From assembly GCF_009914755.1 (NCBI RefSeq), contig NC_060933.1: DNA of 64,000 bases. One strand, 5' to 3'. Below, one piece after another: positions 58,166 to 64,000 of this stretch. The stretch comes from the human T2T-CHM13v2.0 reference genome, Homo sapiens. A program made the position numbers and the translations under genes. The notes below the pieces were generated by a model. That model was not told the origin of the DNA. It made no database searches and saw only the letters and a program-made list of their open reading frames with translations. Numbering within the stretch: the first letter of the stretch is position 1; each line of letters opens with the position of its first letter.

Positions 58166-59924
58166 TATATATATATATAAAGCGCTTGGCGGAGTGCCTA
58201 GCACAAAAGAAGCTCCATCAAAGTACTGCTATTCTTTTATCCTCTTTATCTGCATCCTCCTCCTCCTCCTCTTCCTCTTCCTCCTTTTTCTTCATGAGTA
58301 AGCCAATAGAATACAGAGTACTCATCATGGTCTCAAATGAGTCCTGTCCCTTGGGATCCCAGGGCAGCTGGATATCACCATACAGATTGTGCACTGTACA
58401 ACTCCAGTTTACAACACTCACATAGGCTATGAAGAGAATAGTGTTCCTTGGAACTATGTTACACAGCAGCCCTGTGCAGACAAGCTTTTCATGTCATACC
58501 CAACTTGGAAGCTCCTTTCATACTTCAACATCCTAGAATAACCTCAAAAACCCTTCCTGCCATCACAGCAGAAGGCAGATCAAAGAGTGGACAGAGCAGA
58601 AAGAAACTGTAACAGTGCAAAAATGAGAGAAGTAATTCCCAAGGTAACTGGTAGCTGCAGCAGCATTTTAAAAGTGTATTGGAAGAAAAGAACTCTCCTA
58701 AAGGGTTTGCAAAAAGGAAGAGTGGAGAGATCACTACTTTAAAAGCATGAACTTGAGTAACTACAGTCGAAGACACATAAAAAAGCTCTGCGATTGTTAT
58801 AAAATCCCTGATTCAAGATCCTGAGAGGTGAATGGGGCATGCAACAGCACAGGACATGAGCAGACAGCACATGAAAGAATTCGTGGGTAATGTTGATCCA
58901 GGAAGACTTCAGGAGACAAACAAACTGAATTTATCAGTACTGTTGTTATAGGATTTATCAATTCTTTCTGGAAGTGAGATTAGCTGTTAGCATCTGAATA
59001 TCACTTTTTATTATTTTAGTCTCAGAAGTATGTCCTATGATTTATACGTAATATAACAGAAAACAATTTGGAGAACTGTATGCTATTAAAACCATATGGA
59101 GGTTCCAGTAATTTACAAGAAGTCACTTTGTTATCTTCGTCTTTAAGGGCTGAGCTTAAAAATTCTATAACTAAAGACAGGAACAAAGTCTAGGTGGTCC
59201 CCAGGTGATAGCCCCGTTAGGATTCTGGTTGGTGGCCAGATTGGGTGAAATAAGTTATCTTACAGAAAGAGGTAAGGGTATGATTCATTTCTAAGTAGAA
59301 GTTAAAATAATGCTAACACATAAAAACATAGATTACCATATTTCTCACCTCGCTTGTAAATGACTTATCAAAAAACTATATATATTTTATTAGAATACCT
59401 TCTATTTAATAGAAATTCATCAGTGACAAGGTGCTATCTGCCATAAGCTGAACTGGACTACATTACAAACGATGGAAAGTGGAAGTTCTACCCCTGTGGC
59501 TGCCAAGGGACTGTGAGCAGATGAAAGGGCAAGGGGTGCTGGCAAAGGTAATGGTGATGCTGGATTGAGAATGCTGCAGCACAGTTGTGGGCTGTAGGAG
59601 ATTAGCAGAAGTGCAAGGACTGAGCTTGTGTGGCAGTCCCAGGTGGGTCTGCTGTCTCTTTGAGCAAACACCCTGAGCATTCCAAAACCCTAGGAAGCAG
59701 TACTGCACACAGTGAGATGACAAATTGTCACTGCTGTGCCTCTCTTGCAGACAAGCTCACTCTGCCATGCGTGACAATTATTGGGGCACACGGCCACCTC
59801 CCTACTAGACACCACGTTCCTGGGGAGTGTGCAGCTGTGTCTGGTTCATTTTTTGATCTCCTAGAGTGCCTCGCTCACCACTGGGCCCATAGTGGAGCCT
59901 CACAGTGTCCTGAGTGATATACAT

Positions 59925-60066
59925 CTTTTTCTTTTTTCTTTTCTTTTTTTTTTTTTTTTTGAGACAGGGTCTTGCTCTGTCACCGAGGCTGCAGTGCAGT
60001 GGCACAATCACAGCTCACTGCAGCCTTGAACTCCTGGGCTCAGGAGATCCTCCAGAGTAGCTGGAT
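59925..60066 (-). mobile_element. Alu right-arm/monomer fragment (J-like)
   Basis: T-tract, gagacagggtcttgctctgtcacc...gtagctggatta. Confidence 0.85.
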
Positions 60067-60251
60067 TATCTCATTTAATCAACCAGTAGCCCTCTGTACT
60101 ATGTATTGGAACTGTCCCCATCTCACAAATGAGGACACTGAAGATTAGAAAGATGAGGCAGCAGACGTTAAGTTACACAGCTGATTGCAGACATCCACAG
60201 GCTTTGCAAAAGGCCATCCCTTTTAACCACCATATTCCTCTGCTTCTAGAT

Positions 60252-60588
60252 CAGGGATTGGCAAATTACAGCCCACAGGCCAAATCCAGCCCCTTGTCTC
60301 TTTCTGTATAGCATATTAGTCAAGAATAGTTTTCATGTTTTTTACATGGTTTAAAAAATCAAAGTAAGAATAATATTTTGTGACAAATGAAAATCATATG
60401 AAATTCAAATTTCAGTGTCCATAAATAAAGTGTTACGGTAGCACAGCCACATTCATTTCTACGCATATTGTCTGTGGCTGCTTTCATGCTACAATGACAG
60501 AGCTGAGTGGTTGCAACTAAGCCCATGGCCCATGGAGCCTAAAGTATTTACTGTCTGACCCTTTACAGAAAAAAAATTTTCATCCCTG
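60252..60588. mobile_element. MER58B hAT element
   Basis: cagggattggcaaattacagcccacaggccaaatccagcc...ccctttacagaaaa...ccctg; 8-bp TSD-like ttctagat/ctctaggt. Confidence 0.85.
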
Positions 60589-61591
60589 CTCTAGGTCCAG
60601 ACGCACTAAGAGGCAGACATGCTCCTCTGTCCAAAAGTGAAGACAGATTGACATGCAAGGCTAGAGAAATCCTGGAGTGATGAGTGCCAGGTCAGCTTAC
60701 TTACATCCTATCCCAAAGGCCATGGCTACAGCCTGACCGCACCTGAAACCAGTGAGGCAGGCAGCACCAGGCAGTTGGCTCAGGCCATTTCTTGGCAGCG
60801 AGGATAGAGCTAATGGTAGTTCTGAAGGTCAATGAAGATGCTCAATAAACCATTGACTGATGTGGTCAACTTGCAAGCAATATGTGTCTTGCGGTTGACT
60901 GAGTTCTGCAGATGATATAAAATTACGTTTAGCTTTGAGTCAGCAACCTCCTTTCCCACCAAGCCCTCTGTAGAGCAGCTGACAAGTTGCAGAATTGACA
61001 GATTTGAGTATTATCACCCTGTGCTAGGGATGGTAATTGAGGAATGCCATAGCCAGGAGGCAGATAGCAGGAAGGGAGAGAGAGGTACAAGCCAGGTGCC
61101 TGCACAATCCAGTACCTGCAGGATGAGAAGGGCTCAGTTGAACCTTCTCTCTGCTCAGCCAAGAGAACCCAGTGGAAGCAGAAGGGAACCCTGAAGGCCA
61201 GGGTTTGGGGGCTCAGGTAAGGGGAAGAGATGGTCGCATGATTGCCCCGATATTTTATGGACCTCCTGCCGATGGTCAAGCCAAAGGCCACGCATGTCCT
61301 AGTAGGGGCTGGGACAAAGTGGCCACTACACTAGTTCATACCAGATGCTCCATACAGGAGGGTAACTCATGGTGATCTGGTACTCTACAGCCACTGTTCT
61401 GCACAGCTATCCTGAAAATGTGCAGTAATAGAGGGAAGAGAGTAGCAGAAACCACCTCCTTGGAAAACAAAATGGTACAATAAGTAAAACACAGGCTTTG
61501 GGGACCAGAAGCCCCAGGCTTGAGTTTTACCTCTGACACTACTACTCCTTGTATGATTATTGTTTGGTCACTTAATTTTTCAGATTTTTGG

Positions 61592-61669
61592 TGAACTTCC
61601 CTGCAAAATGAGCTAAGATAGTTAATATTATGAACTTCCCTATAAAATGAGTTAATATAGTTAATATTA
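61592..61669. repeat. 39-bp tandem duplication inside a MIR
   Basis: tgaacttccctgcaaaatgagctaagatagttaatatta / tgaacttccctataaaatgagttaatatagttaatatta. Confidence 0.85.
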
Positions 61670-61689
61670 GCTCATTTGTGAGTTATGTA

Positions 61690-62197
61690 TTGTATATGAG
61701 TCAAGATTAGATTTGTATGCATATAACAACAAAAAGCTCCCCAAAATTATAGTAGATTAAATGAATTAGTAATTTATTTTTCTCTCTCATAACAGAAGTC
61801 CAGAATTAGACAGTTCAGCAGTTCCACAGTTAGGCAGACACAAGGAAGAACAAGGCAAAGGCATACTTCTCTGATGTGCTTAGAGCACACTTTCCATCTG
61901 AGAGTGCCTGGAAGTCACAAAGTGACTGCTGCAGCTCTGGCAATCATGTCTACATTCCCGGCAGCAAGCAGCAGGAAGAGGCAATGAAGAAATGACATAC
62001 CTTTTCTCTGAGTTAGCCTGTGTTAAGGAAATTTTGCAGAAACCCTACCCAACTTTAGCTACTGTCTTTACTTGCAAGGCTCACTGGGAGGTGCAGATTT
62101 TTAACTCCACCCATTGCCACACCTAAAAATATAGGACTTCTGTTAGTGTGGAAGGAGAGAATAGAACGGGGAGACAACTAGCAGTCTTGGTCACCAC
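61690..62197 (-). mobile_element. MLT1J/K-like LTR
   Basis: tttatttttctctctcataacagaagtccaga...ctgctgcagctctggcaatcatgtctacattcc...gagacaactagcagtct. Confidence 0.65.
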
Positions 62198-62502
62198 AAA
62201 TGCCTACTTTGAGGGCCGCTGCTCTTCCCAAATGTCCTAGTGTACGTGGAAGAACACTGTAAAGCTGAAGAGGGTCATGCACAGAAAATCATACTCCTTG
62301 GCTCCTCCTACAAGGCCCTTCATGACTGAGCCTCATTCTGCTTTTACTCAGCCCAGGTGTCTTCCTCTGGAAGCTTCCCTGGAGTTCCAGGTTGGGCTAA
62401 GTGTCCCTTTGCTGTGGTCTCACAATGCCCGCTGGACTTCTGTCCCATCGCTCTCCCCATTACTTTGAAATAACCATCTATGCCTTTATCTTTCCCTCAA
62501 GA

Positions 62503-62820
62503 CCTGCACTGAGCACTATGATAGCCAGTAGTCACAGGAGGTGACGGAGCCCTTGAAATGGGGCTAGTCAAAATTCACATGGGGTGTCAAGTACAAAATA
62601 AAATGTACTAGATTTCAAAAACATAGTAAAAAGAAAAACAATGTAAAATGTCTCATTAATAATTTTCTATACTGCTTTCATATTTAAATGATAACACTTT
62701 AGAGATACTGGGTTAAATGAAATATATTAGTTAAAGGAAGGTCACCTGTTTCTTTTGGTTATTTTAACATGTACTTCTGCGGCTTGCATTTATGGCTTAT
62801 GTTGTATTTCTGTTGGTTGG
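62503..62820. mobile_element. MER33-type hAT element nested in L2
   Basis: atagccagtagtcaca...aatgtaaaatgtctcattaataatttt...gggttaaatgaaatatatta...tatttctgttgg. Confidence 0.75.
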
Positions 62821-63659
62821 AGTGTAAGCTCCTAGAGGGCAGGAACTAGGTTCTATTGATTTTTGTGTCTCTAGCATCTGCATGGTGTCCGTTTGGTGAG
62901 TGTTGGATGGATGAAATCATGCATAGGATAAAAGTCTTGGTGCCAATGTAGCAAAGGCAGGAAATAGGGAAAGAAGATAGCAGCAAAGGACAACAACCTG
63001 GCAGAATCAAATGGGCCACACAAGAGGCCTTGAGAAAGCTTCAGAAGAACCAGTGTGTCCCCTATTGTGCAGTGGCTGCTACACAGCCCCTGGAATTACA
63101 AGTGGCTTTGTTCAAATCCTGGCACTTCCATTAACCATCAAATGACCTTGACAAGAGATACTGACTCTGAGCCTCCCTCTTCATCTGTAAACCAGCAATG
63201 ATTATAGCACTGACCCCATGACCTTTTGAAAAGAAATGAAGGGGATTATGTTGGCAGGATGCTTGGCATGGCCCCTGAAGCATAATGAATGATCAATACA
63301 TGCTGGCTCTTTTTATTAGCTTTTATGGGCCTGTTGTAAAAGAAAAGCCATTTTTAAAAAGTTGCCCGCAGCCAACCAGCATTAAGTCATTTCCCTGCTG
63401 AATATTAAAACAGAATTTTTAATCTGAGATGACAAAAATAATTTGAGCTGGCAGATGGCATAGTGTTGTCACCCACTTTGTTGCTTGGAATTGAATGGAT
63501 TATACATAAATACCGCTGAACTCTTTCCTTGTTTGGAAAAGCACCTGACTCCAAGATCTGCTGCAGTGCTCTGTAGTGTTGCAATGGCCTGGCACCCTAG
63601 TGCTGTGGCACGGCAATGCAGGCAACTGAACTGTTCATGTTGGCCAAATCAGTCAGGAC

Positions 63660-64000
63660 AGGTGGCTGTGCTTTGTAACACACAATCTTCAAATCTCAGT
63701 GGCCTAGAACAAATTTACTTCTCAGTTATTCTGCCTGTCCATCACAGACCACTGTAGGGCCTTTGCTTCATGTTATCCTCACCCAAAAACCCAGGCTAGA
63801 AAGTGCCTGGGATCATGGACGCAAGAAAACAGGAACATGGTGATTCTCACAATGATGTGTAAAATCTTCAGCCAGAAGTGACACGTTGCTCTCACTCACA
63901 CTCATTAGACAAAGCAAGCCATATGTCCGCGCCTAACTTGAGGGAGTAGGGAAGTGTAATCTCATCATGTGACTAGAAGAAGGAGACAAGAATGAATGCC
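63660..64000 (-). mobile_element. MLT1I/J-like LTR (runs off the window)
   Basis: aaatctcagtggcctagaac...cagaagtgacac...aaagcaagccatatg. Confidence 0.65.

Noticed and set aside
58218-58421. Minus ORF with an acidic tail, considered as CARM1 exon 2 equivalent
   Set aside because: No real alignment to VFKCSVSRETECSRVGKQSFIITLGCNSVLIQF; the acidic run derives from a (CCT)n repeat.

Overview
Human genomic DNA: it contains a consensus-identical AluYa5, is AT-rich and CpG-depleted, and roughly half of it is interspersed repeats (old L1M, L2, MIR, Alu, MaLR/ERVL/ERV1 LTRs, hAT and Tigger DNA transposons). There is no intact protein-coding gene. The main non-repeat content is three minus-strand, GT-AG-bounded exons (41973-41867, 107 nt; 40824-40720, 105 nt; 20360-20245, 116 nt). 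They encode a diverged paralogue of the arginine methyltransferase CARM1/PRMT4 and match CARM1 exons 3, 4 and 5 in size and phase as I recall them. The third exon has a 5-nt tandem duplication that creates an immediate TAG stop just after the SAM-binding motifs. This is therefore an intron-containing (unprocessed) pseudogene, most likely the annotated CARM1P1 locus at 9p24, so probably not new as a locus. Its substitution pattern suggests a long-lived functional second CARM1 gene lost in the human lineage. Also notable: a ~133-bp templated copy of an L1/Alu junction with a 15-bp fold-back inside an MLT2 LTR, a pristine AluYa5, and an AluY inserted against the exon-5 splice donor. Repeat subfamily names and CARM1 comparisons are from memory, not from a search. 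Repeat boundaries without target-site duplications (TSDs) are approximate.
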